Notes under the pieces: model-generated
The model's database searches: none
What the model was told of the DNA's origin: nothing
What the model saw: only the letters and a program-made list of their open reading frames with translations
Translations under genes and position numbers: made by a program
Shown here: positions 37,305 through 51,736 of the stretch, piece after piece
Numbering within the stretch: position 1 is the first letter of the stretch
Layout of the letters: the number at the start of each line of letters is the position of its first letter
Source: Leucoraja ocellata
Taxonomy: Eukaryota
Assembly (NCBI GenBank): GCA_036785375.1
Contig: JAWMAR010000071.1
Location: forward strand, 8,742,001 to 8,806,000
Direction: 5' to 3'
DNA: 64,000 nucleotides

Positions 37305-38759
37305 CTGGAAAGAAATGGGACAAGTGATACTATTATGATGTATTAACCTAATATTATACTCTCTTTAGTATTTATAAAAGTTTCATTAATATCAATTGAA
37401 AAACTCCTGCAAATTACCACCTACCTATTTAGAATTAAAATGTTAAACTATTTCAAATGTTTTGAAATGTCAGTCAGAGAGACAAACAGCAATGAAACTG
37501 GCCCTGTGGCCCAACATCCATACTAACCAAGATCCCTCATCTAAGCTAATACCATTTGCCTGTACCTGGCCATTTCCCTCTAAACCTTTCCAATCCATAT
37601 CATATACCTTTGAAATGTCTTTAAAAAGTAGTTATTGTACCTGCCTCAACCACTTCCTCCGGCAGCTCATTGCATATATTCAACACCCTTTGTGTAAGAA
37701 AGTTGCCCTCAGGTTAAATTTTGTTCTCCTCTCAACTTAAACCTATGCCACCTAGTTCTTGACTCCACAACACTGGGGAGAAAAGATTGTGCATTCACCT
37801 TATCTAGTCACCTTATGATTTTATACATAGTGTAGATGGGACATGTTGGTCGATGTGGGCAAGTTGGGCTGAAGGTCCTGTTTACATGCTCTATCTCATA
37901 CGTTTTGTCTTTTCATCTTTGGCGAATGTCTAACTATCTGCCTATTAAACAGCTGTATACACCTGTCACTAGCCAGGCTTTGTCCTGCCCCACTTCTCTT
38001 CCAGTTTTTCCCTCTACCACCACAATCAGTCTGAAGAAGGGTCACAACCCAAAACATCACCCATCCATATTCACCAGCACTCCGTCCTTTTTTCCTATAC
38101 TAAGTTCTCTGACTGCTAAGTTCTCAGCCATGATCATATTGAATGGCGGTGCAGGCTCGAAGGCGGTGCAGGCTGCACCTATTTTCTATGTTTCTATGTA
38201 ACGGCCAGGTGCCAAATGCCACCTTCACAATCCTATCTAACTGTGTCACCACTTTCAGGTAAATATACACTAGCACTCCTCGATCCTTCTGCTCTACAAA
38301 CTCCCCAGGGTCCTACTGCTCACTGTGAAGGTGCTGCCCTGGTTTGACTTCCCAAAGTGCAATACCTCACACTTATCCAAATTAAACTCCATTCGCCATT
38401 CTTCGGCCTATTTACCCAGCTGATCAAGATCCCACTGTAATACTTTGATCATCAGAGACGTTTACAGACCATGCAAAGGGCATTCTGTCAGCCGGTTACT
38501 GCAAGGCAGCTACTACCATTGCTGCCTGGGGACAGGTCCTCAAGTTTGAGCTGTGTTAAATCGAGTCACCACCTGTTGATCACCTCATCTCATGAAATGG
38601 TATGAAAGAAAGTCAATTGCAGGTATTCCAGAGGAGGCAATGGTCATGCCAGCTTGATCCAATCCAACCATAATTTTACAGAATCCAAATTCTGTAATTT
38701 CAATCAGCATTCCAATTAGTTAGTATTGAGTATTTTGGACACTTCATACATAAAAACCA

Positions 38760-39285
38760 TTTCTATGTACAGCACAGAAACAGACCCTTCAACCTACAAT
38801 GTTTGCGCCGAACTTGATGCCGAACTGAACTGACCTTATCTGCCTGCGCATGATCCATATTCCTCTATTCCCTACTTTTCCATGTGCCTATCTAAAAGCG
38901 TCTTAAACACCACTATCGAATCTGCTTCCACAACCACTGGGCAAGGCGTTCCAAGCCCCAACCACACACTCTGCAAAAGACTTGCCCCACACATCTCCAA
39001 TAAACTATCCCCCTCTCACCTTATAGCTATGGCAACTATTGTTGGACATTTCCAGCCTGGGAAAAAGGTTCTGACTGTCTACCCTATCTACGCGTCTCAT
39101 AATTGTATATACTATCAAGTCCCCTCTCAACCTTCAACGGTGCAAAGAAAACAAAGCAAGTCTATCCCTGCAGCTATCCCTGAAATCCTCTATTCCAAGC
39201 AGCATTCTAGTAAACCTCCTCTGCACCCCCTCCAAAGATTCCATATTTTTCCTGTAATAGAGTGACCAGAACTGCACACTATATC
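38760..39285 (-). mobile_element. Older CR1 3' fragment
   Basis: CR1 ORF2 C-terminal and tail motifs on minus strand. Confidence 0.65.
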
Positions 39286-40351
39286 AGCCTTTTTCAGAAA
39301 AGCTCCAGTTTACCACAAGAAATACGACAGAAGCATGCATTCAACCCTTGGTTCTGCTCGCTCTTTCAATAAGATCGTGGCAATGATGAATTTATGTCTT
39401 GAATATGCTCCAAATGAGTCTTGACAGTCCCCTTGGGTAAAGGCATTTCCTTCCTATCTCTGTCCTGAATGACCAACTACTTATTTTGAGAATATAACCC
39501 TTGTCCGAAGCCAAGAGAAATCTACACTGTCAACCTCCTTAACAATTTGGTATGCTTCAATGAGATCACCTCTCATTCATCCAGATTCAATACAGTAAAA
39601 AGGCAGTCACTTAATCTAATTTTAGATGGGGATCCCCACCATCTGGGGAAATCAATATAGTGAACCTTTGTTTCAGCCCCTCAATTCGAAGAATACCCTT
39701 CAGCAGGCAAATACACAATATTCCACTTGCAGTCTCAATAGGGCTCTGTATAGTCGGTGCTCAAATTTCCTTGCAATGAAGGCCAAAATATTGTTCGCTT
39801 TTTCACTGGCTTGCTCAACCTGCAAGCAGTTTTAAAGTGAGAGGGGAACATTTTAAAGGGGTTGCGCGGTGCAAGTTTGTTTTTTATACACACAGAAGGT
39901 GGTGCAGGGAATGAAGGGATATGGATTAGGCACAGGCGGATAAGAGTTAGTCGTGTCATCATGTTCAGTACAGACATTGTGGGCCAAAGGCCCCTGTTCC
40001 AGCGCAATACTGCACCATGTTAACATGGCGATTCAGGTGCAAGCTCTTCTGAACACCAACACTTTTCCATCTCTCTCCATTTGAAATACATTTTCCCACT
40101 TCCTATTCTTCTTAGAACGTTGCAGACCTCACATTTTTCCATATTATCCTTGTCCATTTACTCAGCTTGAACACAGTCACATCCTTCTCACAGCCCACAC
40201 TGGCATCGAGCGACACATCATCAGCAAACATAGTGCACTCGATCTCCTCATTCATATCTCTGCTACAGTGAACATCTCGAACCCCAGGCAAATTCCTGCA
40301 ACATGTCACTGGTCAGTCATCCAACCTGAAGAGGACCCATTTATTCTCACT

Positions 40352-42180
40352 TGATAACCATATAACAATTACAGCATGGAAACAGGCCATCTCGACCCTT
40401 CTAGTCCGTGCCGAACACGTATTTTCCCCTAGTCCCATATACCTGCGCTCAGACCATAACCCTCCATTCCTTTCCTGTCCATATAACTATCCAATTTATT
40501 TTTAAATGATAAAAACGAACCTGCCTCCACCACCTTCACTGGAAGCTCATTCCACACAGCCACCACTCTCTGAGTAAAGAAGTTCCCCCTCATGTTACCC
40601 CTAAACTTCAGTCCCTTAATTCTCAAGTCATGTCCCCTTGTTTGAATCTTCCCTACTCTCAGTGGGAAGAGCTTATCCACGTCAACTCTGTCTATCCCTC
40701 TCATCATTTTAAAGACCTCTATCAAGTCCCCCCTTAACCTCTGCGCTCCAAAGAATAAAGCCCTAACTTGTTCAACCTTTCTCTGTAACTTAGTTGCTGA
40801 AACCCAGGCAACATTCTAGTAAATCTCCTCTGTACTCTCTCTATTTTGTTGACATCCTTCCTATAATTAGGCGACCAAAATTGTACACCACTCCAGAATT
40901 GGCCTCACCAATGCCTTGTACAATTTTAACATTACATCCCAACTTCTATACTCAATGCTCTGATTTATAAAGGCCAGCACACCAAAAGCTTTCTTTACCA
41001 CCCTATCCACATGAGATTCCACTTTCAGGGAACTGTGCACAGTTACTCCCAGATCCCTCTGTTCACCTGCATTCTTCAATTCCCTACCATTTACCATGTA
41101 CGTCCTATTTTGATTTGTCCTGCCAAGATGTAGCACCTCACACTTATCAGCATTAAACTCCATCTGCCATCTTTCAGCCCACTCTTCCAACTGGCCTAAA
41201 TCTCTCTGTAGACTTTGAAAATCTACTTCATTATCCACAACCCCACCTATCTTAGTATCATCTGCATACTTACTAATCCAATTTACCACACCATCATCTA
41301 GATCATTGATGTACATGACAAACAACAGTGGACCCAACACAGATCCCTGTGGCACCCCACTAGTCACTGGCCTCCAACCTGACAAACAACCATCCACCAT
41401 TACTCTCTGGCATCTCCCATTCAACCACTGTTGAATCCATCTTGGTACTCCACCATTAATACCCAACAATTGAACCTTCTTAACCAACCTTCCATGAGGA
41501 ACCTTGTCAAAGGCCTTACTGAAGTCCATATATACACAACATCCACTGCTTTACCCGCATCAATTTCCCGAGTAACCTCTTCAAAAAATTCAAGAAGATT
41601 AGTCAAACATGACCTTCCAGGCCAAATCCATGTTGACTGTTCCTAATCAGACCCTGTTTATCCAGATGCTTATATATATTATCTCTAAGTATCCTTTCCA
41701 TTAATTTGCCCACCACTGATGTCAAACTAACAGGTCTATAATTGCTAGGTTTACTCTTAGACCCCTTTTTAAACAATGGAACAACATGCGCAGTACGCCA
41801 ATCCTCCGGCACTATTCCAGTTTCTAAAGACATTTGAAATATTTCTGCCATAGCCCCTGCTATTTCTACACTAACTTCCCTCAATGTTCTAGGGAATATC
41901 CTGTCCGGACCTGGAGACGTATCCACTTTTATATTTCTCAAAAGTGTCAGTACTTCCTCTTCTTTGAATCTCATAGTTTCCATAGTTACTCTACTTGTTT
42001 CCCTTACCTCAGATAATTCAATACCCTTCTCCTTGGTGAATACCGAAGAAAAGAAATTGTTCAATATCTCCCCCATCTCTTTTGGCTCTGCAGATAGCTG
42101 TCCACTCTGACTCTCTAATGGACCAATTTTATTCCTCGTTATCCTTTTGCTATTAATATAGCTGTAGACATCCTTTGGAT
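40352..42180 (-). mobile_element. Young CR1 LINE, 5'-truncated (RT domain)
   Basis: SPGPDRI, NYRPVSLTS, DFSKAFDKVPH, GVPQGSVLGP, YADD; few disablements. Confidence 0.95.
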
Positions 42181-42392
42181 GCAGATTAATTAATTCACGA
42201 GTGAAGTGACTGGAAAAATATGTCATTATTCTGCCCAGTCTCTAAAGTAACACAAATTAAATTCCACTAATTAAATTCCATTTAATGACTAAAACGGAGC
42301 AAAATAATTTCAAGCTATGAATACTTTGTTAGCAATGCTAGAAAATATTTCTACAAAATTTACAAGCATACTTTGTATGCAAAAACTCATAC

Positions 42393-42501
42393 CATATCAT
42401 TTATTTGATTCTGATGTCCAGTGAATCTTCTCACAATTTTTCTTGTTTCACTGTCCAGAACAGTTATCCTGAAATCATCCATAGCAACAGCCAACATGCC
42501 A
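42393..42501 (-). CDS. WDR36: WDR36 exon (GMLAVAMDDFRITVLDSETRKIVRRFTGHQNQINDM)
   Basis: 109 nt, TAG/GTATG. Confidence 0.95.
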
Positions 42502-42884
42502 CTAACAAAAAGGATATATAAACAGTAATTTGTGAAATGTGTGATATTTTGTTCTACCCTGAAATCATGAAATCTTAAACGTAATGGAATGAATAATTGT
42601 AACAACTCTAATTGAAACTGTCCAAAGTCCTCCAAACAGAGGTGATAAGGTAGACAATCAAATAAGAAATTTGAGATGCATGGATCACAGATAGCAAAAA
42701 AGTATTACATAAACATATTACATAAAGCCCTCCCTTCACCACCTCCAGTTTAAATTCCATTTGGAATATTTTGGAGGACCAAGAAACCAAGAACAGTTGC
42801 AGGAACTCGGGGGGGGGGGGGGGGGGGGGGCAGATGATATACGTGATCAACATTTCAGGTTAGGACCTCGCATCTGCAGTTTCT

Positions 42885-44145
42885 GGTTGATGAAAAATAA
42901 AAGTGTTATTAGTGTTTAAAAAATGTTGACATTCTCTCTCCTGAAGGCCACGCCCCTTCCGGAGGGACTATAAAACCCAGAAGTGTGGAGGTGCCTCAGT
43001 TCTCTGCAAGAGGGGGGAGCGAGAGGTCGCAATTCTCAGTCTGAGCTGTGAATAACACTGAACACATGTTTACTAAACTGTGAGTGGTTTTACTGACCTG
43101 TCAGTGCCCTAAATGTGGTTTGAAAATGTAGTTTGAAAATGCAAAAGTGTGTTTTGGTTTGAAAGTGCTAAAGCTGTGTTGCCTTTGGTTTTGAAAGTGC
43201 TAAAGCAAGCTACGTTGCCTTTGGTTTTGAAAGTGCTAAAGCAAGCTGCCTTGCCTATGGTTTTGAAAGTGCTAAAGCAAGCTGCCTTGCCTATGGTTTT
43301 GAAAGTGCTAAAGCAAGCTACCTTGCCTATGGTTTTGAAAGTGCTAAAGCAAGCTGCCTTGCCTATGGTTTCTAAAAGTGCTAAAGCAAGGCGCCTTGCC
43401 TATGGTTTTGAAAGTGCTGAAGCAAGCTGCCTTGCCTAATTAGAGCTGCCTTGCCTAATTAGAGCTGCCTTGCCTAATTAGAGCTGCCTTGCCTTCTATA
43501 GAATTAAAGTCTAATCTTGACCACTTCCTGTTTGCGCTTTATCTTGATTTTAGAAAAAAAGCTACCACGTACGTCTGATTTTTGGCCATCTCACTCAGAG
43601 TCCCCCTCCGCTCATCAGGTGCTGAGGATTTTTCCCATTGATTAAAAATAAAAGTTATTAGTGTTTAAAAAAAAAATGATGAGATTATCTCTCCATCACG
43701 CCATGAAGACCACGCCCATTCTGGTGGGAGGGACTATAAAACCTAGAAGTGTGGGCGTGGCTCAGTCTCTGCAAGATGGAGGGAGAGGTCACGACTCGCT
43801 GTCTTTAGTGGCCTTGCACCTACTTGAAATGGTATGAAACTGCACTTGAATTTGGTGCCCTTGCAATCTGCTTGAAATGGAATATCAAGGAATATCCGTG
43901 AGTCAACTGCGAGCCCATCAGCCGTGAGTGAGTGAGCGACCAGCACGACAGGCTTGAGTGACTGAGCCGCCAGCCCAAGAATCCATTCGGCCCACAATGT
44001 CCATACTAGCCCTCTGGAAACCAGTCCCTTCAGCGCACAACACCCATACTAGCGCTCCAGAAAGCCCCCCCACCCCCACTGGCCACCAATATTGGAACTA
44101 GCCCTCCCGTGTGATGCTAGGATCCAACGGGTCCCACTTAGTCTA
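42885..44145 (+). mobile_element. Composite Helitron: truncated copy plus complete copy 43495-44145
   Basis: Second 5' end TCTATAGAATTAAAGTC at 43495. 3' hairpin ggatccaacgggtccc then acttagtCTAG|T. Confidence 0.8.
43150..43495 (+). repeat. 36-bp (~8x) and 19-bp (~3x) tandem repeats inside Helitron
   Basis: Units ttgcctatggttttgaaagtgctaaagcaagctgcc and taattagagctgccttgcc. Confidence 0.9.
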
Positions 44146-45120
44146 GTTATCTATATACTTTTAAATTCAGCACCAGGCTCCTGTGTTCATCCTTTGATCA
44201 CTTCAGCACAATTGCTATCAGCCTCGCAGCAGAAGCTCCCAGAGAGCCTCGTGGCAGCTGCCAAACCCCTATTGACAGGAGACCTGGCTCGCTTGCAGTG
44301 GAACCGGAGTTCACCTCGAGTGTGGCCAAGGCTTGTCTCCTGCTTGTTCTGAAGACCAGGAATCGGAGGGCACAGAGAGTGGGCAACGGACGTTGGAACA
44401 AAGAGCCAGTAAGAAAACTGGGAGTCAATTGTCACCCTCAATGTCGGCTGCGGGAGGTGCCAACCAGGTGCAGAAAGGCTGAGGCCAGGAGAGATCAGAA
44501 TGACAGTACGCTGGTGATCCGGAGGCGACTGCTGCAACGGGCCATTATGGCCAGCTGCAGCTGGGACTGTGAAATTGGCAACAAACCTAGTGACATTTGC
44601 ATAAGGAATCGGTGGGCTGTTTCTATACATTTGGTACTTTGTCGGCGATTGTCCTTATGTACAGCAATAATCTTACTGATCTGTATGCAAAAAATTAATT
44701 TCACTGTACCTGGTCAACATGATAATTAAAAGAACCATTGAACCATTAAATCTGTTGGTCTTTTTGCTGTTACTTAGGCAGCTATATTATCCCCTCAATT
44801 TCAAAGGAGCCAGAGACCTGGGAAGGTCTGCAGAGGTTTGTGCTGCCCCACGACCAGATTGAATCCACCTGGAGCTCAACACTAATGATGGACTTTGGGA
44901 CATGTGCAATGAAAAACAACAAGCTTGATGGAAGCACCGGGACACTATAGAGGTACAACTACTGGATAGGCTGCACAGACTATTTTAATCTTGCCACTTC
45001 ATTGCCATTTTGTACCAGACAACGCATTTCCTTACCATTTTGTACGACACCACGAAAACAACGCATAATAAAATTACACGCAGAATTCAAGAAAATAATT
45101 GGAAAAGATGTATTGCCAAC

Positions 45121-45286
45121 CTGTCTCTATGTAGCAAAATGGTGGCTGGTGATGAATCTAGTATTATTGCATAAACCAACTCCTTCGATTTAAACTTCCA
45201 AAACTTGACTTGTTTATCTCCACCAGCTGTGATAGTGAGCTGATTCAGTCCATCAACAGCGATTCCTCGTATTTGACCATGATGAG
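45121..45286 (-). CDS. WDR36: WDR36 exon (HHGQIRGIAVDGLNQLTITAGGDKQVKFWKFK...LLHRD)
   Basis: 166 nt, CAG/GTTGG, WD40 repeat. Confidence 0.93.
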
Positions 45287-46433
45287 CTGAAGAGATGAAA
45301 TGGATTTGGAATTAATATTTTTGCAAGATCAATGGTTCTAATTATTTTTAAATTATTTGAGTTAAATTGTCAAGCATGCAGTGAGATGTTGAAATGTGAT
45401 AAAAATACAACCAATTTAATTTCATCCTTTGCACTTCAATAGTTTTATACATTAATGCTGAATTTATCTATTTCAGATGTGCAAATCCACAGTTCGCATG
45501 TTTCACTCCATTTGCAACAGATTTCTAGAACAGTAAAGGTGAGAAGGGACTTATGCCCCTGATCATTTTCCATGAACTTCTTCTCAGAATACATGCAGGA
45601 AAGGGATGCGGATACATGTATGTTATGGAGATGCAATGCTGCTGAAAGTGACGGAGCGCATCAATCTGATTTTACAGACAAAAACAATGCAAGAAACAGG
45701 AAGAGGTCATTCTGTCCCTCATGCCTACTTGACCATTCAATAAGCTCTTGGCTGATCTTCAAACTAAGCATCCCGTTCCTGCATTGATCCCATATCCATA
45801 ACGTTCTTAATATCCAAGAATCTTTTCACCACTTCCATGAGCATAGTCACCCATCTTGGATGGGAAATTCTAAAGATTTATTGTCCTTAGGGAGAAGAAA
45901 TTTCTCCTTATCTCTGCCCTTTGAAACCGTAAAACTTAGTTTAAACACCCTAGCCTGTGGGAGCATTATCCCTGCATACACCTGTCAAAAGCCTCATGAA
46001 AACGTTGTGCAATTCACCTTTCATTCTTCTAAACTCAATATAGTCTGCTTAATCTTTCTTCCTGCACCAAAACCACCATGCCAAGGATGTTTTCAGCAAC
46101 CTTCAGTGTACTACCACAATCGCACGCATCTCTCTCCTTAGCGGTCTCACCAAGGACATATGCAATGGGTGCAAATTATCACTAGTCTTCCATTTAAATC
46201 TTGAAACGATCATACTATCTAACATACCATCTGCTTTCCTAATTGCATGCTGTGCCTGTATTTTAACTGAGATTCAGTGCTGGGACATCCAGCTTTCTCT
46301 CAAAACCAACACCTTTTGAAACTAATTTAAAAGAGAATAAGTAATCATGGTGCCAGACCAAACATTTTTTGTGAGTGTACCCACATTAGATACCCGTCTT
46401 TCGAAAGCAAAAATGTAAACATTAATGCATGTA

Positions 46434-46667
46434 CAGGTAGTTCTGCTATATTGTATTTCTATCAAAGGAATTGATTATATTGTGTTAGATCGATTTGGGA
46501 ACACCATCTGCATTGTGCGAGCCAGATTGATTAGAGTACGGTTGCCATCGGGAAAACCACCAAATCTGTGCTTTGAAGACAAATACTGTTTATTCTTCTG
46601 TAACACGGCTTTCAACAATGCAACGTTTCTTAGGAACTCAACTATCGCATTATAGAAGAACTACCTC
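46434..46667. mobile_element. MITE (Tc1/mariner type)
   Basis: TA-CAGGTAGTTCTGCTATA ... TATAGAAGAACTACCTC-TA. Confidence 0.75.
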
Positions 46668-47615
46668 TACAACACACATCAAAATAATAAAACCAATTAA
46701 TATGCTATTAATTCAAAGGGGACAATCTATTCAATTTAATAAATAGAAAAGCAATTCGAAGAACCTGCTTCAAAATCTCATTAAACCATCTGTCAAGATC
46801 AGGCAAAATCTCTGGTTTTATAATGAGACAAGAGAATTCCATTACATAGGTACACAATGGCAACTATGCGAATGCAGCATTGAAACTCAGATTCAGTGAC
46901 GTAGATTTGGTTCAGTCTGACTTATAGGCTAATCTTGGGAAATAGGCTAATTGAGATGGGACACTGGCCTGGTCTCAGTGCAGGTAACTGCACATTGAAC
47001 TCTCGCCTTGCACCTAATTTTCTTCCTATAGCCTCACAGTTTGCAACACCAATTATTTTCTCACTCCTTTTGCCTTTTCACGTCTAGTCTTTGTGCAACT
47101 ATGTGCCTATCATAAAAATCCTCACCTGCACTAACCTATTACATGCCAAGCTTTGTCATGCCTCTCCTCTCTTCCAGCTTTCTCCCACCCCCCTCCTGAA
47201 ATCAGTCTGAAATTTGGAAAAGAGTCCCAACCCAAAACGTTACTTATCTATGTACTCCAGAGATGCTGCCTGATCTGCTGAGTTACTACAGCACTTAGTC
47301 TTCTTTTGTAAACCACCATCTGCAGTTACTGGTTTCTACTACTCAATGCCATTGCATTTTCCAGTCCTCAGCTGGTCATCTGCGAGCACACTTAGGTGGA
47401 GGAATGAAAAGATCAGGATCATGTTTTCTCCATAGACATTATCTACTATTCCATCATTTAGGTTCAGGCAAATCATGATTTGGGAAAGGTACAGGTGAAT
47501 TACCAGCATCTATACAACAGGAGTAGGACCAGGAAGCACTGTGCTTCAGAAAGAACAGGAAAAAGTTGACAAACAAAATCCAGTTTAAATTAAAACTCCT
47601 CTACTTTATACTTAC

Positions 47616-47730
47616 TCTCATTTTTACCATACCGTCCTCTGTGGATGCCCGATTGCATATTATACACGTCCACATGGCCTGAAGAAAGGCCAACAAGAGC
47701 AAAATTTCCACAAGATGTCAGCTCCACAGC
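47616..47730 (-). CDS. WDR36: WDR36 exon (AVELTSCGNFALVGLSSGHVDVYNMQSGIHRGRYG)
   Basis: 115 nt, TAG/GTAAG, conserved CGNF and NMQSGIHRG motifs. Confidence 0.95.
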
Positions 47731-48169
47731 CTAAACAAAAAAAATCAACAAAATACTTTCAATGAATGGTCGGTGTTGCTTTGAAATACATTCATGCAAC
47801 AGCAAACTGCACAATAGAATTCGGAAAGCAAATACAGGATGCAGACATCCATCATTACACCCTTGCTCACTCAGGTTAGTTAATCTTCTTCGAAATGTTC
47901 AGCAACTGTGATTTATATTTTGTAATTTCATCTGTTTAATTACATTTTTGAACATAATTAAACAAGGATTAAACAAGTCCATTTTCTGTTGTCACAAACA
48001 TTGTTGGCCTCCTACTCATGCCATATTCTTTATTCCAGTTGTTCCCCAACCCTCAACAAGGAGATGATCGTCAGCACTTCAGTGTGGGCAACTATCATCC
48101 AAATGCACACAACCACCTTCACACTCAATGAGATCCAGGGCCATCAATGGATTGTGAACGTCTCACATA

Positions 48170-49298
48170 CAATGGGACAAAGACTCATCATTTATTTATT
48201 TACCCCTGTACTCTACAATTTGAGATTTGTAAAAGAAAAAAAAGAAAAAAAATCACATGTGGTTAAAGTGCACATTTGTCAGATTTTAATACAGGCTATT
48301 TTTACACATTTTGGTTTCACCATGTTAAAATTACAGCAGTGTCCTCACATTTCAGGGCACCATAATGTTTGGAACACAGCAATGCCATGTACATGGAAGT
48401 AGTCATGTTTAGTATTTTGTTACAATCCTTTGCATGCAATGATTGCTTGAAGTCTGCAATTCATGGACATCATCAGTTTCTGGGTGTCTTCTCTGGTGAT
48501 GCTCTGCCAGGCCAGTATTGCAGCCACCTTTAGCTTATGCACAGTTTTCTCTTCAGCATATAAAAGGCATGCTCAATTGGGTTCAGATCGTGTGATTGAC
48601 TTGGCCACTCAAGAATGAACCATTTTTTAGCTTTAAAAAACTCCTCTGTCGCTTTAGCAGTATGTTTGGGATCATTGTCTTGCTGTAGAATGAACCGACG
48701 GCCAATGAGTTTTGAGGCATTTGTTTGAACTTGAGCAGATAGGACGTGTCTGTTCAGGAAGTCTTCCGCGGGCAGTGGTCATTGACAAATCCATACCTGA
48801 AGAGTGTTTCTGATTTATCGGAGAGGTATTTGGGGATTTTTCTTTATTATGGAGAGTATTCTTCTGTCATCAGCTGTGGAGGTCTTCCTTGGCCTGCCAG
48901 CACCTTTGCCATTAGTAAGCTCACCAGTGCTCATTCTTCTTAATGACGTTCCAAACATTTGATTTTGGTAGGCTTAAGGTTTGGCTGATGTCTAACAGTG
49001 TTATTCTTGTTTCTCAGTCTCAAATGGCTTCTGTGACTTTCATTGGCACAACTTTGGTCCTCATGTTGATAAACAGCAATAAAAGTTTCCAAAGGTGATG
49101 GAAAAACTGGAGGAAAGACGAGGTGCTGAGAGCTCTCTTGCATTAAGGAGACAATTAAACACACCTGAGCAATTAAATGCCTGAAAAGCCATGTGTCCCA
49201 AACATTATGGTGCCCTAAAATGGAGGACTATGTATAAACACTGCTGTAATTTCTACATTGTGAAACCAAAATGTATAAATATGGCCTTTTATAAAATC
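48170..49298 (-). mobile_element. Decayed Tc1-like transposon with long inverted repeats
   Basis: Transposase remnant FILQQDNDPKHT...EWPSQSHDLNPIEHAF (DD34E type). Inverted repeats ttttggtttcac...gggcaccataatgtttgg / ccaaacattatggtgccc...gtgaaaccaaaa. Right IR truncated. Confidence 0.88.
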
Positions 49299-49299
49299 A

Positions 49300-49521
49300 G
49301 CCACTGTCTGCACCAGAGAGTCCTTCTTCACCATCTTCCTAACAGTCCGGTTGACGTGACGTTGTAGCCCCTGGCCGACAGTGCTTTCTTCAGGTTGCCG
49401 CCACCGACAGGACAAGCTCGGTCGCTGTGGGGCTCCATCCCCTCACCTGCTGCTGCTTCTTCCTGTCGGCCATCGCTTTGTCTGCTCCCACTTCTTCCTT
49501 CTACCCCGTATTCGCCGACAT
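49300..49521 (-). pseudogene. Histone H1-like pseudogene fragment
   Basis: MSANTG*...SPTATELVLSVAA / LKKALSARGYNV / VNRTVRKMVKKDSLVQTV follows the H1 globular domain (SELI..AVAA..LKKALAAAGYDV..LVSKGTLVQT) with deletions. Confidence 0.7.
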
Positions 49522-50059
49522 CTTCCACAAGGTGGAGGCGGCGGTAGAGAGGGAAGGGCAGAGCAGACAAAGCGGCAGAGCAGACAAAACGGCGACTGAC
49601 AGAAAAACATCAACCGGACAGTGCGGCAAGTAGTGAAGGACTTGCTAGTGCACCTTGTGGATGATGTCAGAGGCCCAGCCAGGAGTTGCTCTTAACCGCC
49701 TCACTCATTCCCACTCGCCTTCCCAGTGTCACACAACAGTGGCTGAAACTGGAAGAGAAGCAACCCCGGGCTACGCTTTTATATCTATGAAGCGGACAGG
49801 AAGCCCTTGCCATCCACCCATTGCAATAACACAGGTCATTCAGGAAATGGGACGACCTATCGTGAAATGTTTACGCAAGTACGAGGTTACATAATTCGCC
49901 TATTATGCAGGTCAGGGAGTGCCTGGATATGCATTTCCGTTCTTTGGATAAATGACAGAAAAAAGATTTACAGAACCAATGTTAGAATGAACAATTCATA
50001 TACAACATTTATTCCTACTACTAAAGTGTATGACCGCAAACTGTGCTATATTCCATCTC

Positions 50060-51030
50060 TCACATCTTTTCCCATTCTCCCAACGTCAAAGTCCTTCTGC
50101 AGGCTCCCTGCTTCCTCTACATTACCTGCCCCTCCACCTACTTGTATTATCCACAAACAAAGCCATCAATACTATCACCTAAATCATTAATATACAACAT
50201 GAAAAGTAGCAGACCAAACATAGACCCCTGCGAAACATCATTAGTCACCAGCAGCCAACCAGAAAAGGCCCCCTTTATTCCCACTCTTTGCATTCTCCCA
50301 TTCAGCCAATCTTCTATCCATGCTATCTTCCCTCGAATACCGTAGGCTCTCATCTTCTTTGGCAGCCGCATGTGCGGCACTTTATCAAAGGTCTTCTGAA
50401 AATCCAAGTGAACAATATATCCTTTGTCTCTCCTGCTATTTAATTCCTCAAAGAATTCCAACAGATTTGTCGCACATAATCTCATCTTCACAAAGCTATG
50501 CTGACTATGGCCTATTTTATCATGTACTTTTAAGTACTCAGGAACCTCATCCTTAATAATGGACTTTAAAATCTCACCAACTACTAGCGAGTCTATAGTT
50601 TCCCCTATTTTATCTCACTCCCGTCTTGAACTATGGCATAACAGTTCCAATTTTCCAGTCCTCTATCACCACTCCCAAATGTAGCGATTCCTGAAAGATC
50701 ACTACTAATGCCTCCACAATTTCTAAAGCTACCTCTTTCAGAATGCTGGGGTGTAGTCCATCTGGTCCAGGTGACTTATCCACCTCGAGACCTTTCAGCC
50801 TCCCAAGCACCGTCGCCTTAGTAATAGCAACTTCACTAACTTCTGCCCTCTGACTCTCTTGAATGTCTGGTCGGCTGCTGGTGTCTTCCGCTGTGAAGTC
50901 TGACACAAAAAACATTCAATTAATCCGCCATTTCTTTATTCCCTGTAAATACTTCTCCTAACTAATTTTCCAGCGGTCCAGTGTCCACTCTTGCCTCAAT
51001 TTTAATCTTTATATATCTGAAGAAATAGCT
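50060..51030 (-). mobile_element. CR1 LINE RT fragment
   Basis: KSPGPDGLHP, NLLEFFEE, DFQKTFDKVPH. Confidence 0.88.
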
Positions 51031-51250
51031 AATCATATTAAAAGGCTGTAGTGGTCCATGTTATAGTATTGGGCCTGAGTCAGAATGAGAAATGATGAAC
51101 ACTGCACCAAATACAGTTTCTAATCAGTATACAACATTATTATAGAAAAAGATAGAAAAAGGATTGTGCATGGTTTCCAGCTAAAATACTTGTACAAATC
51201 TATCTGTACAGTTCCAGGTGAACTGGAATAAATATTGTAAAAATACATAC

Positions 51251-51405
51251 TGTGGCATAAACATTCTCGTCGTGCCCTTTCTTACATCTCCGAGGCTTTA
51301 ATTTGAGTGCTCCCATTGAACCTTTCTGGTAATTCCATGTTGTACTGAATTGACATCCTTGATGACATGCAACAATTCCATCCCAATAACTCTGGCGTGC
51401 GGTTT
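51251..51405 (-). CDS. WDR36: WDR36 exon (TARQSYWDGIVACHQG...NVYAT)
   Basis: 155 nt, TAG/GTATG, WDGI.ACHQG motif. Confidence 0.92.
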
Positions 51406-51736
51406 CTACCATGCAAATCCAAAATAAATTCATTAGTCGCATTAGAATCGTATTCAAAGACAAAATTACATTTATGAACAAAATTGATAGTTTAGATGTT
51501 AAAATTTTTTTTTTTTTTAAATCACCAAAACATTTAAACACCATTATTGATATTGATTTATTATCATCATGTGCACCAGTATGCAGTAAAACACCTTACA
51601 AGACATACATTGCTTGTCATACCTATTTGTCAACTAAATTAAATCTGGAAAAGGTGCAAGTCTAATATTCAAACATTCAAAGCCAATCACCCCATCCCAA
51701 GAAAAAGAAAAACAGTATTTGCATTGATGCAGTTAC

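Noticed and set aside
43149-43439. Amphipathic-looking LKVLKQAALPMV repeat peptide
   Set aside because: Translation of a 36-bp tandem repeat; no splice or gene context
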